Origin: Vitrella brassicaformis CCMP3155
Taxonomy: Eukaryota; Protista; Chromerida
Reading direction: 5' to 3'
DNA: 64,000 nt
Assembly (NCBI GenBank): GCA_001179505.1
Contig: CDMY01000179.1
Span: forward strand, 1-64,000
The translations under genes were made by a program, and so were the position numbers. This document shows positions 48,557 to 63,279 of this stretch, piece after piece. A model generated the notes under the pieces. The model searched no databases, was not told where the DNA came from, and was given only the letters and a program-made list of their open reading frames with translations. Each line of letters begins with the position of its first letter. The stretch's first letter is position 1.

Positions 48557-49591
48557 AGATGCCGCTGTTGGCGAAAAGGCGCTTTTCATCGGCTAAGCTC
48601 GCGGGGGCGAATCAAGCTCGCGTTTTTTGGGGGGATTTATCTCATAGCATCGATGGAAATACGCATTCCTATCACTCCGTGTCGTGTGTGCGAACGTATG
48701 GATGCACATAAAATGGCGGAAAATCGCATCATCTGTTGTCCTTATGCAGGCAGGTACTCGCCAGGTGTTCATCAAAAACACCACATCAGGCTGGGCTGCG
48801 TCCTATGCATTCATTAAAAACACCCACTTACGACCACACTAGACGTCGGCATATCATTGTTGCAAAAGGGGAGGAGGAAACCTGAGGCCGACGCCTTTCT
48901 GCCTCATACAGGTCATGTATGTGTGTACGGCCGCTGATGCAGGCAGGGGAGAACAGCTTAGCCAGCGAGAGGAGAGAATACGCAAGTCAGTGAAGAGCTA
49001 CTCAGCAGCTGTAGAGAGACAAATACAGACAAATGGGCGCAGAGATACATACATAAAGCAAAGTCAGCCAGCCAGGCAGCCATCGCAGCAGATCTCTGCG
49101 TGTTACGATGCGATCTGATCAATGTAGTCAACCAACTGCATTAAGACAGTTCTCTGGCCTGCCTGGAGAGAGAGGCACTCACTCGCGACACACGAGGTAA
49201 GGAGAAAACTAGCTGGCGTGGAAAAGTGGCTGGCGTGTCGGAAAGGCCAGCTTGTCAAAATAGTGGGAAAATCGTGCAGCACCGCGAGCATGTCAATGCG
49301 GTGCTCTCTCGCCCATCGTACATCTGCCTAGGACGGCCTCTCTGCGATTGCTTGGTGTGCGTCAAAATAGGCACAAGAAAATTGTGGGTCGTCTCTCTGC
49401 CCATCCCCACAGACAAGAGAGAAAACCATTTCGTGGATGTTGTGTGCATACGAGTGGCGAATCATTCACCACGTCCCTCCATCCATCAGCCCGCCGCCCG
49501 CCCTAGCAAGAGGGATGAGAGTGAGTAAAGTGATACTTCCCCCTTCCAGCGAGGGCGCGACTACCGGGTGTTCGCTGGTCACATTCGGTCT

Positions 49592-51652
49592 TCACGGACC
49601 AGCGGGAGGTCCGTTGGGCCCATCGGCAGCGCCCTCGAGAACCTCGATGGTCATGGAAGCAACCTGAACACGCACACACACGACGCAGGGCACCAACCAG
49701 AACTCATCAACCGCTAATGCATTCAAATCGCTCTCGCTTATAATTAGTTGCTCACCTCGCCCGGACACCCATATATCTCTGCAACACACAGACGCACGAC
49801 GACGGCCTTTTTAATGTGCGCGTTTCGGTGTGTATGTATGTGCTGCATGAGAGCACACTCATACCTGGGCTGAGTTTGTTGCCAGCGCCCTCTCCCGTAA
49901 TACATTGCCCGTCGTCAATCTCGCCGTTCTCTTCGGCGCGGAGGGCATTGCAGGTCTCGGCGTCCTGCAATCAGCGAGAGGAAAGAGGCACGCAGGGCAG
50001 GCAGGAAGGCAAGGAGGTCTCAAGATATCTGACTTGTCTCCCCCCTCCCTCAATCTGTCCCGCCTGCGTACCTGTGCAGCACTGCATGCGTCGAGGGCGA
50101 GGCACTGACTGCGCGGTATGTGGGTGCACAACTCATTGTTGATCTCGCAACCTGACGGACATTAGACAGACAAGACGGACGGATAGGTCCGATACAGTTG
50201 TTGGTTGACATGCGCCCCACTGACCGACCGGCGTCGAGGGAGGTGAACGCTGCCTGGAAGGGCGGCTCGCTAGCGTCAGCTTCCTCGTACAGGAAGTCGT
50301 TGCCATTTTCTCTGGTGATCAGAATGTCACCTGCCGCCCAGCTGCACGGCACACAGGCAGCCAGGCAACCAACCAAGAGACACAGACAGACAGATACAGC
50401 GAGTTGAGCTGATAGGAAAGGAATGCATCAGTCAGTCAGTCCCATCACTCACTCACAAGTTATCGTTGGTGATGATCTGCATCTGGGCGACGTTGACATA
50501 GACGTCCTCCTGACGAGCCAGGAAAGCAAGAATTGAAGTAAGGGCATCTCATGTGTGTGCGTGTACAAGGTCCGTGACTGACCTCTCACCTTGGGGACGT
50601 TGACACCGGCGTTATTGATGAAGGCGCACTCGCATGAGAGGCGAAGCTCAAAGCAGGCCGTGTCGCCAGGCGCAATTCCGTCTTCAGCCGCCAAAACGCC
50701 GCAGTCGACCGTGGCAGGTTCGAGGTCTCCCACATTGCGCCGAAGCCACTCTGCCGCCTCACTGTTGACACCATCCTATGACGCAGGCAGCAAGCAAGGC
50801 AAGCGTGTGTGGGTATGGGATGTCACGTATGTCCGTGTGTGCGTACCTCAGCGAGGTCGCAGAAGCCTCTTGTCTCGCTGTCTGATGCCAGGACGCCCTT
50901 GTTATAGAAGCCGAGGGATCTCGAGGCAGCGTGGATGAGGGGGGGCGACATCGGCTGGTTGCCGCTGCCATTGGTCCTGTTCTCAATACACACCTTCACC
51001 CGCACTTGCTTGCACGACTGCTTCGCGATCGGCTCCTTCTTGTCTGCAGTCCACACAGCCAGACCACGCACACAAGGGCAAAAGCAGATGTGGACATGGC
51101 ATCGGTTGTGGGAAGAGCAGCGGCTTGTCTGTTGGTTCACTCAAGGGCTCACTGACCCTGGTCGCCCGTCTTGGATTTGATGCCCTTGGTGTGTAGCTTG
51201 TGGCACTTCGAACATCCGTACTTCTCGTACTCGGGCACGGGAATGATCATAGAGCCGTGCTCGCCGCTGCACACACCATTGAGAGACACGATTCAGTCAG
51301 AGCAGAGGTGCATCGTGTGTCGACCGACCGACTACTCACTGGTAATTGGGGTCGTCTTTGGCGCGGTGCATCTTCAAGTGGTGTCCAGGGCCACCGGCCT
51401 TCTCGGCCTCGGCCTCAGGCAACGGCTCTTTCCGCACCTCGTCGCCTTTCTGGTGGTCGTGATGAAGGTCATGATGCGGCTCCTTACGCACCTCTTCAGC
51501 CGCCTTCTGAGCGTACCTGCAGGGTGGACACACACACACACGCACCAAGCGGACAGACAGGAGTCCGGCTGCCAACCACCAGCCAAGTAACTGGCAGGCA
51601 GCCTTGCGCACCCGCTCGTTAGCAACAGGGCAACCAGAAAAATGGCCTTCAT
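49592..51652 (-). CDS. Secreted Spondin_N-like domain protein with a His/charged N-terminal region
   Basis: Signal peptide MKAIFLVALLLTSG|YAQ; EPHHDLHHDHQKG; NQPMSPPLIHAAS..GFYNKGVLAS..GFCDLAE|DG and GIAPGDTA match the Spondin_N pattern (SPP..H..G..AS.GL..LAE.G); Cys-rich C-terminal exons. Confidence 0.68.
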
Positions 51653-51781
51653 GGGGAATGTGCGGACAATTGTGTGTCGACGGGAAGACTGGCTTTCTTT
51701 CCTCAAGAAGGCGTTGCGTTGGATGGGTGCGAAACAATGAAACAATGGCCTTTCTTTTGCCGTTGCCTGCGGTTGGTCGCG

Positions 51782-51803
51782 AACCCTGAACCCTACAAAC
51801 CCC
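51782..51803. promoter_or_regulatory. Telomere-like heptamers AACCCTG-AACCCTA-c-AAACCCC in the 171-bp divergent spacer
   Basis: Read directly from the sequence; lies between ATG 51652 (-) and ATG 51824 (+). Confidence 0.35.
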
Positions 51804-51823
51804 GCGATATCGATTCGCTCGCG

Positions 51824-53894
51824 ATGTTCTCTTCGTCTTCATCTCGTGGCTTCCTCTCCTTCTCTTCGTCTCGCCTGCTCCGCAGTCGCAGCACGGCAGG
51901 CAGCGCAACAGCTCTCACATCCACCCAGCCGCCGCCCGTCACGTTCATCGCCAATGTGAGCCACTCCGACCAGCGCCCAAGAGGCCAGATCCACCATGTG
52001 CAACCGTCGGCAGCCTCATCTGTCACCTTTCGGCGGGCCATGTCTGTGCAGCCTGGCGGCAGGGCGCAAGATCCACCGGCCGAGAGCTTCCACCCCGACA
52101 TGGAGCCCCCGACCTATGAATCGGACGTTGGCAAGAGCGCATCGTCATCCTCGAGTTCGTCGCAGGTGCCCTTTGGCTTCCAGAGTGTCGCTGAAGACGT
52201 CAAGGCACGGCTGGTCGGCAACGTTTTCACAAGTGTGGCAGACAGGTCGGTGGGAAGGTGGGTGGATGAATGTGCTACCTACATCGATGAGGCCGTTTCA
52301 TAGATCCATCTTTGTCTGTGTGCTGCGCGATTTGTGTTGATGCAGATACGATTTGATGAACGATCTGATGAGTGGCGGCGTCCATCGCATCTGGAAGGAC
52401 CAGCTGGTCGACCTCATCGGTCAGCCATTCACCACACACTCAGGCATCGCACTCTCTCACGCTGAAGTTGTTTTGCGTGCATATGCAGATCCGCCCCTGC
52501 AGCCGTACACCGAGCCCCCAGCGGCGCCCTTTCATGTGCTGGACGTGGCCGGAGGGACGGGGGACATCGCATTTCGTGTCATCCGGAAGGTCGAGAACAA
52601 ACTCAATCCGCCTCCCTTTCCCCGTAAGCTCACTGACGGCACGAACAAGAAGCTCCTTTGCCAGCTCCATGCATCTACACACGATGGATCGGTCAGAGTC
52701 GTTGGTGGAGGTCGGTCCTCTGCGACCTCTCGGGTCCCTGGCGCAGTGCTCCCTCCTCGCCAGCCTGGTGCATCCAAGGAGAGCCTCCTCATCTGAGTAG
52801 GACAGACCAACAAAACCAGAGAGATCGTTGTCATTCATCAGGCAGCTGAGCTGCTGTTTACTCCCCATTTTGCCAGCTCGTTTGGGTCGACACACTTCCC
52901 CGTCCGCGTGACGGTTTGCGACGCCAACGAGGATATGCTGCGAGTGGGGAGGCAGAAAGCGGCGGAACAAAACCTACCGGGTGACAGAACAACCAGGGAC
53001 GCACAGTGCACAATGATTGAGGAGAATGTGTTGGCTGGCCGGCCGCCTGATGTGGTTGTCAGGTCTTGATTGGGTGTGTGCTGACGGCGAGTCGCTGCCC
53101 TTTGAGGACAGCAGCATCGATGTCGTCACCATCGGTAGGCTGTCAGCCAAGAGCGGAGAGCCAACACGTGGATGTATGGATCAAAAACAGAAGTGTCCGC
53201 ATTATCACCTCTGTCTGTCAGCGTTTGGCATCCGCAACTTCACCCACATCGATCGGGGTCTCTCGGAAGCCTATCGTGTCCTCAAACCGGTAGGTAGATA
53301 AACAACACGGCAGAGAGAAGGATGGAGGCACATTTGAAAGCTGTATGGGCATTTGCTGTGTGTCCTGCGTGCGCGTTGTGTCAGGGAGGACGTTTCTTGT
53401 GTCTTGAGTTCAGCAAGGTGAGTGGGACCAATCCGCCTGCATCACATGACACACATCGCTGAATGGCCGGCCGGGTCGCTGTGTGTGTGCAGGTTGAGAA
53501 TGCGGCGGTGGGCCAGGTGTATGACCTCTACTCGTTCCAGCTCATCCCACTCATGGGTCAGCTCGTGGCCAACGACAGAAACTCATACCAATACCTGGTA
53601 GGTAAAGTAAAGTAGCCCTCAGTACCAGATGCCTTCGTTTATCCGGTTGAGGCTGTGTGTATCTGTGTGTGGTGCTCAGGTTGAGAGCATCCGCAAGTTC
53701 CCGCCGCAGGAGGAGTTCGCTCAGATGATGCACAACGCAGGTACACTGCCACACGTGCAGGAGTCACAGGGTTCCGTATCTCGGCTTTGTGCCTGTCTGT
53801 CTGTCTGTCTGTGTGTGCAGGTTTCACGAGCGTGACGTTCACAAACATGACCTTCGGTGTGGTGGCCATCCACAGTGGATTCAAGATGCACTGA
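51824..53894 (+). CDS. COQ5: COQ5/UbiE C-methyltransferase (ubiquinone biosynthesis) with a mitochondrial-type presequence
   Basis: [75 protein letters not shown]|[25 protein letters not shown]; Ser/Arg-rich N-terminus. Confidence 0.95.
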
Positions 53895-54807
53895 CGCATG
53901 GATGGATGGATGGAACACGTCGAAGCAGTTTTGTGGCCGCCGTTTTTGGCTGTGTGTGTTGCGACTGACTCGCTAGATACACTTGTGTTTTTCCCCGTGT
54001 GGAGTGTACTCCACACACGGTGTGTCCATAATGTGGGTGAACGACGCGTGCATCCGAAGGATGGCATGGCACCAGACGGACGGGTGGGGTGAAGGGCAGT
54101 ATGTGTTGTCGCGTGGGGCGTGTGCAATGCCCATCGTGCGGTCGGGGTCTGCTTATCCCATCGGGTGCTCGCTGGCAGGATTGAACACATGGGGTTCGAT
54201 TGTGCTCGTGAGTTCTTCGTGGGACACGCAGCCCTCAGCTGTGTGTGATTGCAATGAACGGACAAACGAAACTCCTTAAGGTGCAAAAATTCATCTGTAA
54301 GTACGATTGTGCGGCTCGACGGTCTCGTCCATCCATCCATCCATCCCAACGTGCATGTTCTCTGTCGTTTGTCTGTCTGTCTGTACAAGGAAGAGAGCAG
54401 GCGGCCTCTCTCACCACGCCAGCCACATCACGTGAAACACCGTACACACGTTATTTACTGTGCATCTGTCTCTCTGCCAGCTTAGCGCAGCAAAACTGAT
54501 GCACAAGACGATACGATCTGCCATGCCATGCGCACACCCGTCCATCTCTCTACCATTCTAGCTAGCTAGCTATCCCTCCCCTCCCTCCATCTGCACACAC
54601 ACAGCCCAGCCCACCAGTGCAAGCAGCCGGCCAGCAGCGCCTCTGCGAGCCTGCCCTGCCTGCCTGCCGCACCGCCGCCTTTACAACACGGGTGGCTAGA
54701 AGTCTAGCTAGCTAAGCCGATCGAATCGATCTCTGCACACGGAACGGAACGGAACGTCAGTGTGAAAAATCTTCTCGATCTGTCGATCCCTGCCCTGACC
54801 CCGCTAT

Positions 54808-56968
<2,161 letters not shown>

Positions 56969-57180
56969 TCACATGCGAGCTTAGACTGGCGACTTCGGCG
57001 ACTTTGGTGACGGGAGAACAATCTGGCGCTCTAGTGCGCATCGGATCACTGTGGTGAAGCATTCTGTTGCGCACGCGGGCCATTCCAGCGGAGATCCGGG
57101 TGTCTCATCAGCTTAAGATTGGCATCGCCGAAGACCCCGTGGGCGTAGGAGGTCTCGTGTAGGACAGCTAGCCAGCAGAG

Positions 57181-60100
57181 ATGGACTCCCAGATGTACCA
57201 GAATCTGCGGCGGCTGATCAATGTCGTGGTACGAACGCTGACTGACGGCCAGGGGAGAGGCGGAAAGAAACACGCTCCAGCATGTGTGTGTGGCTGCTGC
57301 TTGTGATGTGACGTGCAGGACGAGCTGCGAGACGTTGGGCTGCAGCAGTACATCAACCTCCCCCGGATATGTGTGGTCAGCACATGCAACAAACACGCAC
57401 TGAGACTCACGCACGTACATGCATCCTCCATCTCTCTCTGTGTGTGGTGGCTTATCAGGTTGGTACCCAGAGCAGCGGCAAGAGCAGCGTGCTCGAGTCG
57501 ATAGTGGGGATGGACTTCTTGCCGCGCGGCGAGGGCATCTGCACTCGACGACCACTCGAACTCAGACTCGTGCACCTCTCCGAATGTATGTGTGTGAGCT
57601 GAGCTAGATGGATGGATGACAACAAGCCAGGCAGCCAGTGTCGACTGATGGCATGCCGTGTGCACATGGTCTGTGTGTTGTCTTGTGTGTGCAGCTGAGC
57701 ACAAGTTGGAGGAGGCCTGGGCGCTGTTCGAGGGCACCCAGAAGAAGTACACCCACTTCGAGCAGGTCCGCGGCGAAATCGAACGACTCACCGACGAAGT
57801 CGCAGGTCAGCAAACGCAGTAATCACGGAGGCGTCCATGGACACCCGCACGCATCACCCTGCCCTGTGTGTGTGTGTGTGTGTGTGTATGCAGGAAAGAA
57901 CAAGGGCATCGTTGACGAGCCGATAGTGCTGACGGTGTATGCGACGCAGTGCCCCGACCTCACCCTCATTGACCTGCCCGGCATCACACGGGTGCCCATG
58001 AAGGGCAGCGACCAAACAGACGATATTGAGGTCACACACACACACAACGCACCATCAGGCCAGGCGGGCTTCGTGCATGTGGGCTGGGTGATTTTCTCCT
58101 CCTCTATGTGCAGAAACTGACGCGTGAGATGGCGCTGCGCTATGTGCGCGACCCCAGGACCATCATTCTCGCCGTCATGGCCGCCAACGCAGGTGCGGCG
58201 CCTATCGCATCTGTGAAAGTAACACCATGGCGGCACTCGTTGATGGGCATGTGGTTGTGGTCTCTGCAGATTTGTCGACGTCGGATGCCCTCCAGCTGGC
58301 GCGCAAGGTGGACCCAAAGGGTCTGCGGACCATCGGAGTCATCACAAAGGTGAGGGAGGGGAACATACATGCCAGGAGAGAGAGTGACATTGACAAGGAG
58401 TGCAAGGAGCGGTGTCCGTCTGTCGTCTGTCTGTCTGCTTTCTGCTTAGATTGACCTGATGGACCGCGGCACCGACGCCACCAAGATGCTCCTGGTACAC
58501 CACATCGCTAGATAGATGGCTGGCACAACGGAAAGAGGAATCCATCTGCCTGCTTGCATTGGCTGCGTGTGTGATGGTGTAGGGTGAGGATGTGCCTCTG
58601 CGTTTGGGTTACACTGGTGTCAAGAACCGCAGCCAGGCCGACATCAAGGGCGGCAAGAAAGTCAGAGAGGCACTTGAGGTCGGCTACCAGCACCACAACG
58701 CATAACCGCAGACCGATCAGATCTGTGCTGATGCTGTCGTTCCTGCGTGCATTGCAGGAGGAGAAGACTTTTTTCCAGAACCATCCCACCTATCGCGCAC
58801 TGCCCCCACGTAACCAACACACACAAGATACGATACCCGCCATGGAATGCATGCTGTCGCGCCTGCCTGCAGATTACCTGGGGTCCCGCTCGCTGGTCGA
58901 CAAGCTGACCAAGGTCCTCTTCCGGCACATCCGCAACTTCCTCCCAGAGATCAAACGAGAAATCAAGTACACCGCCACACACGCGGAAGAAGCCTCCCAA
59001 GTGCATCCTTCACTCGTGTGTGACAATGTGTGTGTGTGGTCAGCAACAAGGCTCGTTCCGTGAGTATGCGTCTGGACGAGTTGGGCGAGGGCGTGCCTGT
59101 GGACGTGGCTGAGCGGGTGCAGCTCATGTGGACCATGATCACCGACTACTGCGAGATATTCAAAAACACCATCAGGGGCAAATTCGACCGCAAACTCCAA
59201 AACTACTTCGAACACGTCAGCAACCAACCGACACACACACACACACAAGGCCGCATCGGTGTCCACCCATCGTGTGTGCGCATCTCGTGTGTGTGTGTGA
59301 GTGCAGCAAGATCTGACTGGGGGTGCGCAGATCCGCACCATCTTCAATGACCTGCTGGAGGAATACGTCGAAAAGGACGTCACGGCCGACATGACGGTCC
59401 GTACCAACACAGAGAGACACACAGAGAGAGAGAGGAACAGGCGACAGCTGACATCCATTGCCCTTGTGTTTGCTGGTTCAGGACTACGACATTGACAGCG
59501 CCATCCGCATGCACGAGGGCGACTCGATCCCGGGCTTCCCCTCGCCCGACACGTTCGAGTATCTGATCCTGCCGCACCTCAGGAAGGTCCACGCACCCGT
59601 ACTCGAATGCCTCGGTCGGTGCCCCAGACAGACGCCACACACAGACAGACAGACGGCTGCCATCGTTCTGTCCGTGTTGCTGATGGTGTCTTGTCTTGTC
59701 TTGTCTTGTTTGGTTGCAGACCGGGTGTCTCAGACGCTGGAGCTGTTGTCGCAGAAGATCGCCAACAGGGTCTTCTCAAGATTCCCAAAACTCGCCGAAC
59801 AGGTGGATCTGTGGATGAAGGGCCATATGGCGTCTCGTCTTGTGTGTTGTCAAATTACATGTGTCTGTGCGTCACTCACTCAGGTGTTGGAGCAGACGCA
59901 GACCATCATGCTGCGCGAGAAGGACACCGTCAAAACCATACTCGAAAACCTGGTCGCCGCTGAGACCGGTGAGTGGGCGGGGACACAGACAGCATCGAGA
60001 GAGTGGGCTTGCCGTGAGTGAACCGCTGTGGTGTGTGCGCGTGTGTGCAGGTTATCTGTTCACCAACGACTCCAAGTACCTGATGGACCACGGCAGCATG

Positions 60101-61935
60101 CTCCCCATGCACAACCAAGGTCAGCCAGCCAGCCAGCCACCACACACACAAACCGCCTCGCCCTCCAGTATGTATATCACGTATGTGCCATCGGTGGTAT
60201 CAGAGATGATTCCGCAGGGCCCCGGCGGTTATGCGATGAATGCCGAGGGGCAGCCCATCCAACACATGGGCCAAATCCACCCCAGCAACCCCAATCCCAG
60301 ACCTGGAGAGCCCAGAAGGTCAGTCAGAGGCGACAGACACACACTACAGAAGCAGTCCGCCACAGCATGGGAATGTGTGTTGTGTGTGGATGGGTCGATC
60401 TGTGCGCAGTGCTCAAGCGTTTCTTAATGCGCAGCAGCAGGCTGGTGCTGGCGGCTCGGTTTTCGGGAGGGAAAGGAACAACAGGAAAACGCGATACAGC
60501 GGTGAGCAGCCAACAGCAGCTCGCTCACCCGCCCCGCCCACCGCACACACATCACTCCCCTGGGTCCGTGTGTGTGTGCAGGTCCGTTCATCAAGGAGAT
60601 TCGGAAGCGTCTTGATTCGTATTTCGCCATAGTGCTGCGCAACATCCGCGACACGGTGCCCAAGACAGTGGGCTTCTTCCTCGTCAGACAAATCCAGGCA
60701 CGTGGGCTGAGGCACTACACGAACGAACAAACAGGCGAATGGCAATGTGTGGTTTGTGTATGTGTGTGTGTGTGTGCAGGAGAAGCTTCAGTTTGAGCTG
60801 TACACGGAGCTCAACAAAGCCGAGATACTCAATGACCTCCTCGGAGAGGTACGCAGCCACCCACACAGATATCATCCCATGACTGAAGGCATTCATTTGA
60901 CGTCTTCTTTCTCTCTCTGTGTGTGCAGCCGCCCTACATCGTTGAGGAGCGCAAGAGCCTCACCCTGCAGATGGATGTCCTCAAGAAGGCGTCACAAGTC
61001 CTCCAGCGAGACCCCACGTAAGACAACCAATCGCCTCCCCCATACCCACACCCACACCCACCTCACCTGTCTGTTCTGCCTGTCTGTTCCCTCAGTATCG
61101 CTGCGTTGAACTTGGAGGGATTCGATCACGAGTACGAGACCGATTTCCACGAGGAGCAGCTGCGCGTTCAGGCCCAGGCCGAAGCCGCCGGCCGAGGCAA
61201 AGCCCCACACCCCTTCCACCCCGCCACACAACACGGCGGCCCCCCAGCCGCAGCAGCAGCGCCAGAGCACCACGGCGGCCCTCCCATGATGAACGGCCCC
61301 ACTGTCCGTGGCGGGCCGCAGCCCACCCCCCCGCTTCAGGCGGGGACCAACCACACGTCACCCCCACAGCACCCCTCACCCACGCCACACCCACACCAGC
61401 AGCAGAGCCCCTCCCCCCCACCGCCCCAGCAGCAACAGCAACAGCAGCATGTGGGCGGTGCTCCGCCCCCGCCCCCACACAGGGCGGGCTCGCAGCAGCA
61501 GCAGGCCGGTGCGCCGGGACAGATGGCGCCACAGGGACAGCCCGGACAAGGTGAGCAATGACGGATGTCGTCCATCCATTCGATGTGCACTTGTCGCTTT
61601 GTGTGTGTGTGTCTACTCAGACGCGCGCAGCCGTCAGGGCGCAGGGGGCCCACCGAAAGGGGGCGGGCTGTTCGGTTAGCGACATACATACATACACCTG
61701 GACGGATGGACAAACGCACATACATTTCTTTCTTTGTATGTATTTGCAGACAATCCTCCGCCTGGGTCGAGCAAGCCCCTGTTCACACAAAACGAGCCCG
61801 AGAAGAAACGAGTGAGTGAGGGTGCAACACATGCAGACAGACAGACAGACGGATAGCATGTGGCTCATTCATGTTGTCTGTTTGCACACACCACTTCAGG
61901 CGCACGCCAACCCTTTGGGCCTGTTCAAGACATGA
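57181..61935 (+). CDS. DrpB: Dynamin-related GTPase of the alveolate DrpB / Plasmodium DYN1 type, about 20 exons
   Basis: [12 protein letters not shown]|[20 protein letters not shown]|[12 protein letters not shown] (G1), TRRPLE (G2), DLPG (G3), TK|ID (G4); middle domain [18 protein letters not shown]; [22 protein letters not shown]; Pro/Gln/His-rich tail. Confidence 0.93.
60698..60779 (+). other. GC-AG intron in the DrpB GED region
   Basis: CAAATCCAG|GCACGT..TGTGCAG|GAGAAG gives FFLVRQIQ|EKLQFELY; the nearby GT at 60702 is out of phase. Confidence 0.8.
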
Positions 61936-63279
61936 AGAGCCATACCAGTGCAGAGCAGAGCTGCGTGTGTGTCCGTGTGTGGCTGGTGTCGGTCTGTGTG
62001 TGTGTCTGTAAGTCCTTTTCTGCCGTGTACGCTGTGCATGTGATGGGTGGGTGCATGAGTGTACGTTTTGCCCGGTGCTGTGTGCCTGTCCGCACAGCTG
62101 TGCCTATCGCAGTGAGTGTACCGTAGTCCCTCCCCTCCCCCCCCTCACCACTTCGCACACACGCATCGCCCTTGGCCTCCCTACTGACTGACTTTTACTT
62201 TGAAGTGCCCCCCAATCGCAACATCCACCCACCGGACCGCCCCATCCCAGCCACCGTGACTAGCCAGACCTATTTGTGTATCTGATGCGCGTGCCTGCCT
62301 GCCTGCCTAGCGCTGCATCTTTTTTTTTCCCCACTCAGCGTCTTCTTTTCTGCAGCTTGGGCTGGCCTTTGCTTCTGCAGCATTGGTAGACGCCACACAG
62401 ACCTGACCACCCAATTTTGCCTCGAGGTAGAGATAGATTTGCTGTATTTTTGCCCACAGATGGGACAGAGAGAGAGAGATGGAGCAGAGGTGTGTGTGTG
62501 TTGGGGGGTTGGTTGGCCTTCGGTTTGGAGGCACACCAATGTGTGTGGGCTGACTGGCAGGACAGGACAGAACATAGGACGGACAGGCAGGCAGGCAGCG
62601 AGTGCATAAGTGAGAGGCAAATGTGGTGTGGTGAGGTGTAGTGTGGCGTGCCTGCTCGTGGCGTCTGTTATTACTGCTATCATGCACAAGGAGGTTCAAC
62701 GAGGGGAGTGACATTGCGTTGCGTCCGGCAGCCGGTCTTTCAATCAACCGCCTGTTTTCTTTGCTGATGGATCAAGCGTCCGTCCAGCCGTCTGTCTCAC
62801 CGTGCAATAAGGCACGCACCAGCTCATTTTAAACCAACCGCATGCACACGCCAGCCAGCCATGTCAGTGTGCCAAGTGCTTGTTAGCAGCTCGACTACGC
62901 CATGCAACACCCGTTTCGACGCAGTATGATGGTCGAATCGGTGATGCATCCGCTCGCGAGCTGCTCCCACGCACTGTGACACACTCACGCACACCACAGC
63001 ATTCTCTCCCCGTCTGGCCCAATGAAACCATGCCCCTGCCTCCCCACGTCATCGAGTCGGGTATCGTATCGAGAAAGCTGTGTGGAATTCGGTAGCCCCA
63101 CCACCACCATCGATGCTCTTGAAGGCAGGGAGATTGCTGGCAAGAGCGGCGATACTGAGGAAGAAGCAACGGACCCCACACAGCTCGTCACCAGACAAAC
63201 ACAGCAGACCTCTCTTCTCTTGAAAGCAGCAGACCCACAACCAACGCACGCACACTCAGGCACCCACCCCAGCAGTCGG

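Noticed and set aside
40917-48719. AAAATGGCG (YY1-like) motif at 40917 and 48710 in upstream regions
   Set aside because: Two 9-mers are compatible with chance, and I know of no YY1 orthologue in alveolates.
54500-54800. CTAG/GATC/GGAAC short repeats downstream of PDS
   Set aside because: Low-complexity 3' UTR-type microsatellites with no defined structure.
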